A stretch of DNA of 64,000 nucleotides, taken from NCBI GenBank assembly GCA_052426225.1, contig JBNJNM010000011.1, forward strand, positions 2,542,001 to 2,606,000, written 5' to 3'. The stretch comes from Zancudomyces culisetae HAW-14-8. Its lineage: Eukaryota; Fungi; Kickxellomycota. Below, piece after piece: positions 25,401 through 34,891 of this stretch. Every line of letters begins with the position of its first letter. Positions within the stretch are counted from its first letter, which is position 1. The notes under the pieces are model-generated. The model did no database searches and had not been told where the DNA came from. It saw only the letters and a program-made list of their open reading frames with translations. A program made the position numbers and the translations under genes.

Positions 25401-28400
25401 GTGTATGTTGTTCAGCTGTGTACAAAACAGTAAAAAAAGGTCTCAACGCCTGCAAAGCATTCTCGATCGCATGTTGAAGAGCACTTGAACCGATATCCTC
25501 ATCTGTTGAGGTGGGGTTTTTAAGAGCATGGATACAATATTGGATCAAGTAACTAGCATTTACAAAAGTATCAAATACTCGCTCCTCTGGACTCACTACA
25601 ATGCAGCCATTTATGTTGTGAATGGTTTCTGAAGTGGTTTCTGAACAATTAACATGATGCAATAGAGATTTTAGCCTGCAAAATTCGTTGAATGCGACGA
25701 CGTATTTTTCCGTCTTTTGGATTTTATCGTAATATTTGACATTACTGTTTGACACCTGGTGTAAATCAAGTTGATGAATATTATCGAATAGACTGGAAAC
25801 TCGATGAAATTCGTTTTTGTTCAAAACCACAAACTTTGCTAGAAATGCGATACTTGCAATCACAACCTCGCAATCATCAAGCACGGAGAGCAGTGGTTCT
25901 GGGCTAATCAAGTTTGAAAAATATCTGTAGATACTTTCACTCAAAACTCCAACCAGCTTCGTAATCAAAGTTTCGGTTCCTTGGTTTGTTTCACTATCGC
26001 CACTAATCGATACCTCACGCTTATCGATATTATCTAGATCTAGGCCGGCAAACATTGTATTTCGATCAACAAGTAGAATAGAACCAATCCATTCAGTGGA
26101 ACTATAAATCAGCGGGAGGTTGTATTTTGCGTCTTCTCGATTATCCGAGTACAGCAGAAATGATGAAGTGAATGTAGAGGTGGAAGCGGAAAAAACAGGT
26201 GGTAAGGGTTTAATAAACCTCCTTATACAGTGCTCACTAAGCGCAAACCCAAGTTGATGATAGCCGATTTTTTCAAGCGCTCTTATCAGACCACCAATAA
26301 AAAGAAGACTATTCGAAATTATATTTGGAGTATTCGCTTTGTTGCCTGCCAAATCCAGCAGATATCCAAATACATCCAATACTACTTTGTCAATATTAAC
26401 ATCTTTAAACTCTTGGTTCTCCAAGCTAGACATTGCTATAGATGTTGATGTTGATGTTGATATTGGTTTGAGCTGTTGATTTAGATCAGATTTCAATAAT
26501 GAGTTGGTAAAAAACCTTGATGAGAGTTCAATTATTGATTGGGGCTGTTGATGATATTCATACATGGTAATGTTGTTGTGAATATCATTTATTAGCATGT
26601 TCAGCTTGCTCTTAAATTTGCCAACCCCAAAATCAATCGCGTTTGTAACTTTTGAGAAATCGCATGACAAGTAGCAATAGGCCAAACCAGAACTTATCCC
26701 CGTTTCCCATTTGTCTCCGATGTACATTTGCGAAAGCTTATCAATAGAGTTTCCAAGAATAGACGATGATTTCAATACCTTTGAACTGCCTGCTGTAGTA
26801 TTAGTAGAAGAAGAAGTAGTAGTACTAGTGGTGGTTGTAGGATTTCCAAAATACAAACTCCTAACCATTCCCGACACCTCTTTATCCATTAAGATCGCCA
26901 ATGCCTTTGACCAACCATTGTTTACTAACATTGCTATATCTGTGGTTACCTGAATATCTTTACCAATATTTACTATAAACTCAACAAGCTCTGGCGAGGT
27001 TAGTTCAACTCTCCAAATCCACAACTCAATCGGGTATGCAGACAGCACTCTCCACCCAAGCCCATGAGTGGGTGTATCATTCTTTCCGTATATGGTAATT
27101 GGGTATATATATTTCTCTAAGATTTCTGCAGCAAAGATTTCTTTAGGTGATGGCTCTGTAATGTAAGTAAGCTGACCATCATCCGCAACTGTCCGTTCAG
27201 CAATGGTTATCTCTCCACAGTACTTTGGCAGAATTTTGAAATATTCTAAAATTCCAGAAGCCAATTCTGTCTCCAGCGCTTCGCCGCTCAGGACCTCACC
27301 AGCCAGTTTGTCTGCATGTTCCAATGTTTTCCACACTGCTATACTATCTATTTCACTTGTTGTGACACATTTGGTTACCACGTTGAAGTACATTGCAGCT
27401 ACTTTTATCCATCCAAGCGATCCAGGTCTCTTTGGGTTGTGTATACTTGAATGTATTTTGCCAAATTTAGTTGATATTTTTCGTCTAACCAAAGCTAGAA
27501 TTGTTGGACAGAAATACTCGCCATCCTTCTCCAAAAGATCCATCAATATCGCTGTCGAAACTAACTCCAACTCAATCTCAATCTCAATCTCAAGCTCAGA
27601 CTTAGGCTGAATTCCAGACCGATTTTGGCTCGCCAAATCCCTATCACATTCTTCAATCATTCTTACCAAGTCGTTTAGTGCTCTGTGGTTGCTCATTACT
27701 AGCTTACCCATCACTCGCAGTGCTATTACCCTGAATCGACTTTCTGTCTTGCTAACATATAGTTTGGTTGCTACTCTGACAATTTCACCCGTACAAACTG
27801 CATCTTTACTCGATCCCAGCCCACCCAAACCATTTATTAATATTTTTCTCTGAAGTGTACCATCCCCTTCATTGCTTTTTATAAGCTTAAGATACATTCC
27901 CAGTGCAACCATTCTATCTATTCGCTTACTATCTACCATTGACGTATTAATCTTCCAGATTAAATAATCAAGCACCCAGCTGTCTAGCCCTTTCCTAAAC
28001 TTCTTTGGGAAAAAACTCAGTATTGCCATCGCAAATGAGGGGTTATTTCCCATACCTTCGATGAGGCTTCTTATTATCTCTGTATGCACACCGTCCACAT
28101 TGCTTAAAGTTACCAATGTGTTCCATAAATTAAGATAACTGGTATATTCAGCTACCAACTCTCCCAACTTTTCCTCATAGCCCACACATCCATGAAAACA
28201 TACACTCTCCATACCACATGTAGATTCGTGTAACCGGAATTCATCGACTATTTTATGTATCTGGTCCCTAATTATAGCTGACCTGGCTTTAACCGATGCA
28301 TCAATTCCTTCCAACTCCATCTTTACCACGCTGTACCACCCAGTTATTGCTAGGAGCATCCCTTTAACGTTCGACAGCTGTCCCTCACTGTGGTTTTTAC

Positions 28401-29880
28401 CGTAACAACAACCACCACTATTAGCAAACATTTCATTCCCCTCTCTTCTTAATATTTTTTCTATACCCTCAAGTGCTAACAATTGAACTATTTTTGTTGC
28501 TGCCTGATCCAAAACATTGTTTAACACCACATATCCCACCTGCATCAATTCATCTCTACTGCTTATTCTACACGCCCAGCTATTTTTTTTACCATGCCCA
28601 ACAAAGCTCGCGCCCAAAAGCATGTTGATTCTTTCTACTATATCGAGTTGTTTATTGAGTGTTATCAAATGGTTTTCCTCTACCATTGCCGTCGCTATAT
28701 CACCACGCACCGTCTCAATACCGACCACCAATCTTGTACTAATCTGGTTTAGGCTATCGGATATCATCTTTATCATTAGCCTTTCGTATCTCTCAATCCA
28801 CTTGTAATCCATTTCTTTTTCACACTCACTTGTAACAAACCCACTAATCATCTCCCATACATTTATTCCTTCGTTGTTCACTCTAAAAACCCAACTCTCC
28901 TCTTTGTGCTGTTCATCTTCTGTGGCTATTCCTTTTTTTCTTCTTACCTTGAACTCCTTGCTGAAGGAGCATAACATCTCCATCATATGGATTAGCCTGT
29001 TTAAGTATTTTGCACTTGTTCCAGATCCAGTCTCTTTTTTGCATATTTTCACAGAATATTTTCTAATAGTTGTAAATAACATATCGACCGTTGTATCTCT
29101 AATGATGCTTGGAGTGTCTTTGCTAAATAGGATCTCCAGCACCAGGCTTTTGTACTTTAGCTGAGATCCAGTCGCACCACTATCGCTCCAGGCCTTTTCA
29201 ACGCCGTCAGTGTCGAATCCTTCCCCCAGAATGTTCCTTTCTATTTCCTGCAAAATAAATCTCCAATACTTGATGTTAATCTCCCCGATTTGTATCAGCA
29301 CGCTACCAGTCTTTTTTGTTACTTTACTCATGTATTTCCCCAGCACGCCCACGCTATTACCGCTGCTTTGACTTTCAATAAAATTATGATTGGCTTTGTC
29401 CCACATTTCAAAAATATATTTCACAATAACTTGCTCAACATTGTTTTCCTGATCGTTTTTTACTCGTTCATATTCCACATTCCCTTTTGTTCTTATGCTC
29501 TTCTCTTGTGCCTCTTTCTCCCTATTTATCTTTTGTAACAGCTTTACATTTTCCTCCATAACTGTTCTATAATCTAATCCCTGCTCCAATTCCAGTGTCC
29601 ATCTTTTAAGGCCTTCTAGTACTCTGAACACTACTAACGGACTGTCTCTTATTTTTACGCTATTTACAAAATGTTGAAAGAGCTCCCTAATTACTGTCTT
29701 GGTTTTCTTGTCAAACTCCTGTGTCTTTTCTCCACTAACCAGCGATGGTGCCTCTGAAAAAAAATTGTTGAGAGATTGAATCTGGATCCCCCTATGCCCA
29801 GTGCTTAGCTCGCTAATTAGTCTCTCCAATCCCCTCGTTAGGATCTTTTCCTTTTCTCGCTGATGTTTGAATACATCCAT
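22447..29880 (-). CDS. Focadhesin/RST1-like large ARM/HEAT-repeat protein (DUF3730-type), 2477 aa, single exon
   Basis: 7.4 kb intronless ORF with helical-repeat composition. The segment LGMYLKLI...VIALRVMGKLV...LVSTAILMDLLEKD resembles DUF3730, and WSKALAILMDKEVSGMVRSLY (26851-26913) resembles the focadhesin segment recalled as W..AL..LV..E...MPR..Y. Confidence 0.65.
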   Translation of the reverse strand: MDVFKHQREKEKILTRGLERLISELSTGHRGIQIQSLNNFFSEAPSLVSGEKTQEFDKKTKTVIRELFQHFVNSVKIRDSPLVVFRVLEGLKRWTLELEQGLDYRTVMEENVKLLQKINREKEAQEKSIRTKGNVEYERVKNDQENNVEQVIVKYIFEMWDKANHNFIESQSSGNSVGVLGKYMSKVTKKTGSVLIQIGEINIKYWRFILQEIERNILGEGFDTDGVEKAWSDSGATGSQLKYKSLVLEILFSKDTPSIIRDTTVDMLFTTIRKYSVKICKKETGSGTSAKYLNRLIHMMEMLCSFSKEFKVRRKKGIATEDEQHKEESWVFRVNNEGINVWEMISGFVTSECEKEMDYKWIERYERLMIKMISDSLNQISTRLVVGIETVRGDIATAMVEENHLITLNKQLDIVERINMLLGASFVGHGKKNSWACRISSRDELMQVGYVVLNNVLDQAATKIVQLLALEGIEKILRREGNEMFANSGGCCYGKNHSEGQLSNVKGMLLAITGWYSVVKMELEGIDASVKARSAIIRDQIHKIVDEFRLHESTCGMESVCFHGCVGYEEKLGELVAEYTSYLNLWNTLVTLSNVDGVHTEIIRSLIEGMGNNPSFAMAILSFFPKKFRKGLDSWVLDYLIWKINTSMVDSKRIDRMVALGMYLKLIKSNEGDGTLQRKILINGLGGLGSSKDAVCTGEIVRVATKLYVSKTESRFRVIALRVMGKLVMSNHRALNDLVRMIEECDRDLASQNRSGIQPKSELEIEIEIELELVSTAILMDLLEKDGEYFCPTILALVRRKISTKFGKIHSSIHNPKRPGSLGWIKVAAMYFNVVTKCVTTSEIDSIAVWKTLEHADKLAGEVLSGEALETELASGILEYFKILPKYCGEITIAERTVADDGQLTYITEPSPKEIFAAEILEKYIYPITIYGKNDTPTHGLGWRVLSAYPIELWIWRVELTSPELVEFIVNIGKDIQVTTDIAMLVNNGWSKALAILMDKEVSGMVRSLYFGNPTTTTSTTTSSSTNTTAGSSKVLKSSSILGNSIDKLSQMYIGDKWETGISSGLAYCYLSCDFSKVTNAIDFGVGKFKSKLNMLINDIHNNITMYEYHQQPQSIIELSSRFFTNSLLKSDLNQQLKPISTSTSTSIAMSSLENQEFKDVNIDKVVLDVFGYLLDLAGNKANTPNIISNSLLFIGGLIRALEKIGYHQLGFALSEHCIRRFIKPLPPVFSASTSTFTSSFLLYSDNREDAKYNLPLIYSSTEWIGSILLVDRNTMFAGLDLDNIDKREVSISGDSETNQGTETLITKLVGVLSESIYRYFSNLISPEPLLSVLDDCEVVIASIAFLAKFVVLNKNEFHRVSSLFDNIHQLDLHQVSNSNVKYYDKIQKTEKYVVAFNEFCRLKSLLHHVNCSETTSETIHNINGCIVVSPEERVFDTFVNASYLIQYCIHALKNPTSTDEDIGSSALQHAIENALQALRPFFTVLYTAEQHTLSAVLFSSLSTLLNLVYDKFILDCLHLEDNAANEKLLGLYKTLALETLIFSENMINSGEMGPFESPLCIDKHKLSSVYNINCDQNPILKSTPAPGSANTVSTFTHSANPHSSNTVMSIFTILTLFKPVSKLGNANSAKYTELVEFYDSEILEKLSSMLMFHSAVLADGSAGFKNNNAGPDLKSKRIRCWLLSMLNSVYKLTAPDPLLAYPNRKRQTNEPVELNRLSKKSSFCRAVFDKLLTEKDVTRSLILLSSIYNMNFLFPAVDLSIIYENMIKISFSTSDSSNNTTGLTIMLLVILTASKISRLSASSFYTVLDLLRFKFAPSTKRDTAIDFLLFGNVGIGQLLNDLGLNYNLNLSCSTTPPILPQLCNDGKTQLSIFDSIFHTSDEYTDSKTNGNSFSNFASNNNYSVSYSSSLPISLTTSTSTSTSTSTSLSLSLPSLYILTRSSQQAITDSGRLGSQPYKLPDTTSGIQPQQVLSLLSHIFVSNSMFLNNNQGIAISLLNSISPFLHSHSSENTSSTDDEFKQPNHSELVLNAFRSNFVDGIYDIVSKRYFPQYIESLVTKTSSEPTYSQSQSAHIQKISPLHLSVLFACSNCYTSIPGTLTLTPNILSLAKIPVYEFEFLLNSITTSLYMLKSSLLAIKNYPHTDINKESIPVNLKSIDKTLHLNYILKLFKSSLNSVFIRLNSDGKTTRSFKPNSNDSKFNSNTNPCILLDLGLSILSRATALLLGHFKTLEVHQVKGGKSTSTSTSTYSPLSSPPLLTTHALSLISKLLDLFIINAVKFKKTNAMENDIEIVEYYCSHILSCVKHFVSPLLDYSYTLFAPEPSETSHGTPNLPGFGHLYDQLLSFSTNKLVVFTEPLSLSQVQHQISVPVNPKSHTPYDKDVLYSTSGTSLNYKLELLLSLFDPHSLANTHNLQQLHSSDFSNPVAELSFSTNNPSFVISNIYKRIDALYIQLSELLLVFPDCKALKECVVIFDV

Positions 29881-30321
29881 TTTCCTGTGCTTGTGGAGAT
29901 GTTTCTGGATCTATTTTATTTTCGATTAGACAGATTGCTCCTTTTGCAGTTGAGTATTAAAATATAATACAAGCCTTTAACAGCCTCTTTAAACTCTTTA
30001 TTTAAGCAGTGTTTTTAATCAATCTTAATTATGAAATTTGTATTAAATGCTAGTAGAAATCCGAATAAAAATTAAAATGTGCGAAAATTAATGCTAGATT
30101 TGAAATGAACACCAAATAACAAGAATTAATCAAAATAAGATCAGATGCCACATACTGAACATACACTCTTCACACAAAATATTTCCAAATACAGCTATAC
30201 CTTAAAAGGTATCAGCAACCCGAAATAAAGAAAAATAAATGTCGTGGTAGACAACAAGATCAAAGAATCCAGTCAATTCAGCGAAAGAACAAATTAAAAA
30301 AAACGAGAGAAATAGGCAAAA

Positions 30322-30976
30322 ATGGGTACGACAATCTCTGGCCTGTCTAACAGACTCTTTGGAAAGAAAGAGATGAGAGTTTTTATGGTTGGTTTGGACG
30401 CAGCAGGAAAAACAAACATTTTGTATAGACTCAAGTATGGAAAAATCGTCACCACTATTCCAACAATTGGTAAGTTTGCAACATTGATAGAAAAAAGCAG
30501 ATTTGGAAATAGATAAAAGTAATACATAAAAATCAAACTGGGCAAACATATAACTGAGTGGGGTAAATACGAACTTAGGTTTCAATATTGAGACAATCGA
30601 GTACAGAAATACCAGTTTTACATTACATGATCTAGGAGGTGGAGATATGATTCGGTCTTTGTGGTGCAGCTACTTAGAAGACATGCAAGGAATCATATTC
30701 GTAGTTGATTCCAACGATCGCGAGAGAATTGACGAGGCCAATGAAAACCTGCATCTGATGCTCAACAACGATGAATACGGAGTTGCTATTCTTTTGGTGC
30801 TTGCCAACAAACAGGATCTTCCTAACTCCATGAGCACCGCAGAGATCACCAACAAGTTGGGTCTCCATGCCATCCGCAATCGCGAATGGCACACTCAGGC
30901 CGCCTCTGTTCTCACTGGAGATGGTCTTTATGAAGGTTTGGACTGGCTGTGCACCACTTTGGAAAGAGGGAAATAG
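30322..30976 (+). CDS. ADP-ribosylation factor (ARF1-like) GTPase, divergent paralog, 181 aa; exons 30322-30469 and 30579-30976
   Basis: MG myristoylation start, GLDAAGKT P-loop, TIPTIGFNIE switch I, NKQD G4, [10 protein letters not shown]-terminus. Intron GTAAGT..TAG at 30470-30578. G3 reads HDLGGGD instead of WDVGGQD. Confidence 0.92.
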
Positions 30977-32395
30977 TTTTTTTTTGAACAACTCTTCGTC
31001 TATCTCTTCTTTTTTTTGCTCGTCTTTTGTTCTTTTTCGCTATTTTTTCATTACCAAAGTTTGTATTTCTACTTTTAATGTCAACTCTTAAAAAAAATCT
31101 TACACTAATCATTAAAAATTAAAAATGATTGTACATATGGCTATATATCATTTTTACTCCTGTCATATATTCTAGTGTTAGTTGTATATTTTGTTTTAGC
31201 TTGTAAGACCAAAATGAATAAAACAAGAGATACTGGATGTTCGACATGACCTAGCTGTGTTATACCTACAAGCTAAAAAAATAGTCACAACAAGCACTCA
31301 TATTGCACTACATTGTTATATTCACTCTTTTGCTTACAAACCACGTCTTTTCGGCGTTGGAGGTATTCTCAGATTATTTTATTACTAACTTTATCATGTT
31401 TAATATTTTGAACATTTCCTAAAAATCTAAAATTCTTTAGACATTGTATACTCTACATCAAAACATATAAACAATAAGTGCTAAATAAAGATTAAAACAT
31501 CAAATTATAACATTTATAATCTAGAATATATTACTGAATCCACTATTCAAAAAAAATAACTATCAAATCTGAATAAATCGATAAAACGTTACTAGTGACG
31601 TGTTGCTACTTGTATTGTAGCTTTATTTTCGGTATATTTTTACCAACTACCTAGCAAACAAAACCACTATCCATTTTCTAGTTTGTAAACGAGTCTTTAT
31701 CTCCATATTTCGCTTAACTTTCTCTCCTCAAAACTTATCCAATTTACGTTGATTATAATTATTGAGAATTACTATTATCGGCTACGACATCAATAGTTTT
31801 AACCAATTTTACAAAACACATTGAAAATGTGCACGTATTTTATCAATAATATTAAAAGCAACTTTATCTGATAACCCGAGTTTATTAAAGAGGGATCCTC
31901 AAAGTTTTTACTAAGGACCCAACATTCAGTATATCAGATATTGAAAGGAGCAGCATGACCAATGAAAAGAAAATTTTCAAATATTTTATTTTGAATTTAC
32001 CCGTATTTGGGTTTAAACTAGCAGGGAGACAAGGAAAAACAATAAGTTAAATAAAAAAAATTTAATAACGTAAGGAGTTTAGATTTAGATCAGTAAACAG
32101 AGCGTAGTGGACTACAAAGTTGAAGTGTATTGGAATAACTGATTACTATTTATTGATTATGGTTTAATTTTTACAAATATTTGGTTATAAACCATCTAAT
32201 CAAAAGAGTAAAAGTTTGGTAATTATAAGCAGAATTTAAAAACCAGAAAAGAATTTAAAAAACAAAAAAAGATAAAAAGAGTATATAAAGCAAAATATCA
32301 TCCTCCTATAGAGTTCATATTTGTATTAATTCAATTTAATTTAGCTCTAGTATAAACTTAGGGAATAAAAAAGAAAAATAACAGAGAGTGACATA

Positions 32396-32680
32396 ATGAA
32401 TGCATCGGATTATAAATGCGTTGGTATAAGCGCAATACATGAATGTTTTTCTGGAAACAAATGTCTGATTGGAGTAGTAAGCTATGGTAAGAATAAGGAA
32501 TTCAAAGATTGCTCATCGGGATGCAAGTTGGAATTTCATGTTAGCGGCCCAGAATATTCTTGTTGGTACAAGTCTAATAACACGATGGTATTTTCTGGTA
32601 AAACTAGTACTGGAATCAGAAGTAGAAGCCTTTCTTTAATTCTGGTATTACTTTTGTTAAACCTGTACATTTTTGTCTGA
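32396..32680 (+). CDS. Small Cys-rich protein with hydrophobic C-terminal (GPI-signal-like) tail; possibly the 3' exon of a larger gene
   Basis: 94 aa ATG ORF, more GC-rich than its very AT-rich surroundings; 6 Cys; S/T/G spacer then SLSLILVLLLLNLYIFV-stop. No N-terminal signal peptide in this ORF. Confidence 0.45.
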   Translation: MNASDYKCVGISAIHECFSGNKCLIGVVSYGKNKEFKDCSSGCKLEFHVSGPEYSCWYKSNNTMVFSGKTSTGIRSRSLSLILVLLLLNLYIFV

Positions 32681-33702
32681 TAATAATGCCTAAAGTCATG
32701 GTTTTGTCTACAGGTTACCAGAGTCAGAGAAGTCAAACAACTGTGTAAAGCAAAAAAAAAAATCATTTAGGGATAGTTTAGAGACAGAATAGCTGGTTTA
32801 TTTAGTTTAATACAAGATAAACAATGAATAAAAACCAGTTTAATAAGAATATATTAAATTATTTCTTAAAAGTACTACGACACTGTAAAATTCAATCTTA
32901 CTTGATGCTTGTGCTGTTAAACTGCATGACCTTCAGGATTAATGAAGTAAAGTAATAAATACAAATGAGGATCTCTACTGGGGAGGTGCGAACTCACAGA
33001 TGTTTCAAGATTGATTCAGTACTAATCGTTTTCCGCAAAATAGTATTTTTTGGTTATTTATTTTGGTATATGATTTATTGAATGTTATCCTAGTGAGAAA
33101 ATGTAAATACTTATTGCTGAAAATTATCTTTTAAATATTAAAAACCAAATAAACGGAAACGATAATATTCTATACTTGATACGATGGCTATTTAAAACAA
33201 CACTCAAATAATAACACATAAACAAACCTAATAGTTTTGAATTAATCAAATGCTAGTAATTAATCTTAAAACCCATTAAGTGTTTATTTAAATAGATTTT
33301 TTGACAAGTAAAAGTAAAAAACTAATTAAATGAAATAAGAGATTATGAATTAAAAAGAGAATGTATATTACTATAATGATATACTAACCAGCTGTTATAA
33401 AAAAAATATACTAAACATAAAAATTTAGCAATATTTATAGTATTATAGTATTTTAAACTATTTTTTAAAAAAATTGTTATATAGTAGAAATATATACCTG
33501 TATTTCCTTGTATTTTATTGGTTAATTTAAATAGTATTATTTTATGCATTAAATAGTCTAGTTTTGAATTAATTAATAAATTGTCTTTTTCTCCCACAAT
33601 AATTATAGACCTAATATATAATAATAAAAGTCCCGTCCTGTATAATACTGGGTAATTATATTACTCAGTAGGACGTTAAACATGTAATTATACAACAAAA
33701 TA

Positions 33703-33784
33703 GTCACTTTGGCGGAGTGGTTAACGCGGTGGCCTGCTAAGCCATTTCCCTTTGGGAGCGCAGGTTCGAATCCTGCAGGTGACG
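33703..33784 (+). tRNA. tRNA-Ser (anticodon GCT), intronless
   Basis: Acceptor GTCACTT/AGGTGAC plus discriminator G; A box TGGCGGAGTGG; anticodon arm GTGGC-CTGCTAA-GCCAT; long variable arm TCCC-TTT-GGGA; T arm GCAGG-TTCGAAT-CCTGC; T-run Pol III terminator just downstream. Confidence 0.97.
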
Positions 33785-34078
33785 CTCTTTTTAATGTTTT
33801 TTCAACATTTCTCTTTATTGAATTTTAATTATTGGCGTTTTTTGTTCTGTTTTTCACAACAAATATTTATAGATTGGTGATGAACACCTAATTCCGTTCC
33901 GTCAGGCTACCCAAGTATATTTTCAACCGAGCTTCTTATATAATTCAATTTATTGAGTATAGCTTTATTCTCTGATAATATGTGCCCTAATTCGGAATAA
34001 GTATATTTAACAAACAAACAAGAAATAGGCATCCAAAAAACCGATGACGGGAAGAGTACAATCTAACAGTTGAAAAAA

Positions 34079-34891
34079 TCACCATCTATTAACTGCAGCA
34101 CAGACACCTGCAATAGTACCACAAACACCTACAAGTACGTCTGGGAAGTTAGACTTTTCAAGTGACCAATGAACAGTGAGTGGGAGATACGCAAGTGTAT
34201 TTCCAAAGCTGTATTTCCAGGCCTTTAGCTGGGAATCAACTTGACCCAACTCCTTTTGCATCGACTCGGCATCCGAGTCTTGTTTAGACATAATGCGCTT
34301 CTTCTGGAGCAACAACGCTTTTCTGGCGCTATCAAGCTTTATGAAGTTGAGTACTACCCACACGGCCCAGAACCGGCACGAGTATATCCCAGCTTTCAGC
34401 ACAGTCATATCAGACACCGGGATGATGTTATGTGCACCAAACCAGTAAATGCGTTCCAGTGGATAGTACAGCATCATAGAGATATCTTGCAAGATTGATA
34501 CTGCACTCAACAGCTTGTCCTTTGGCGGGTTTTTTAGGGAATCAATTGATGACAGGTATAGTGGGAAAAAATCCAAAAGTCTAGCCATGATTCTGTAGTC
34601 CGATATCATGCTTGATAATTTACCCACTCTTCCTGCAGTTTTTTTCTGCCCTCGCTTATTCAATAGCCAAACAACCACGTTTCCAAAGTATTGGATAAGC
34701 ATAAGAGCGTTGTCGCAGCCTTCTGGTGTAGAAAAGAACTTTAGTATTCTTGCCAAAATTAATTTGGTATTGCTGGGGGGTAGTCTGAGTCTAGTGATTT
34801 GTGCTGGTACTTCACTAGGGCTGGCGGCCTTGTCGTGTTTTTCAGCTATGCTTGCAGGGTCATTGTTTTTTATTTTTTCCACTTCGCTCAT
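34079..34891 (-). CDS. PEX11: Peroxisomal membrane protein, PEX11 family (270 aa)
   Basis: FFSTPEGCDNALMLIQY, LSSMISDYRIMARL, LYYPLERIYW, SCRFWAVWV and LPLTVHWS motifs. First ATG at 34891 (the track uses TTG 34897). Confidence 0.85.
   Translation of the reverse strand: MSEVEKIKNNDPASIAEKHDKAASPSEVPAQITRLRLPPSNTKLILARILKFFSTPEGCDNALMLIQYFGNVVVWLLNKRGQKKTAGRVGKLSSMISDYRIMARLLDFFPLYLSSIDSLKNPPKDKLLSAVSILQDISMMLYYPLERIYWFGAHNIIPVSDMTVLKAGIYSCRFWAVWVVLNFIKLDSARKALLLQKKRIMSKQDSDAESMQKELGQVDSQLKAWKYSFGNTLAYLPLTVHWSLEKSNFPDVLVGVCGTIAGVCAAVNRW

Noticed and set aside
22701-29538. Numerous 60-150 aa ORFs nested in or antisense to focadhesin (likewise within MGS1, RAD54, NFX1 and BRCA2)
   Set aside because: Shadow ORFs of long coding sequences with no independent motifs.
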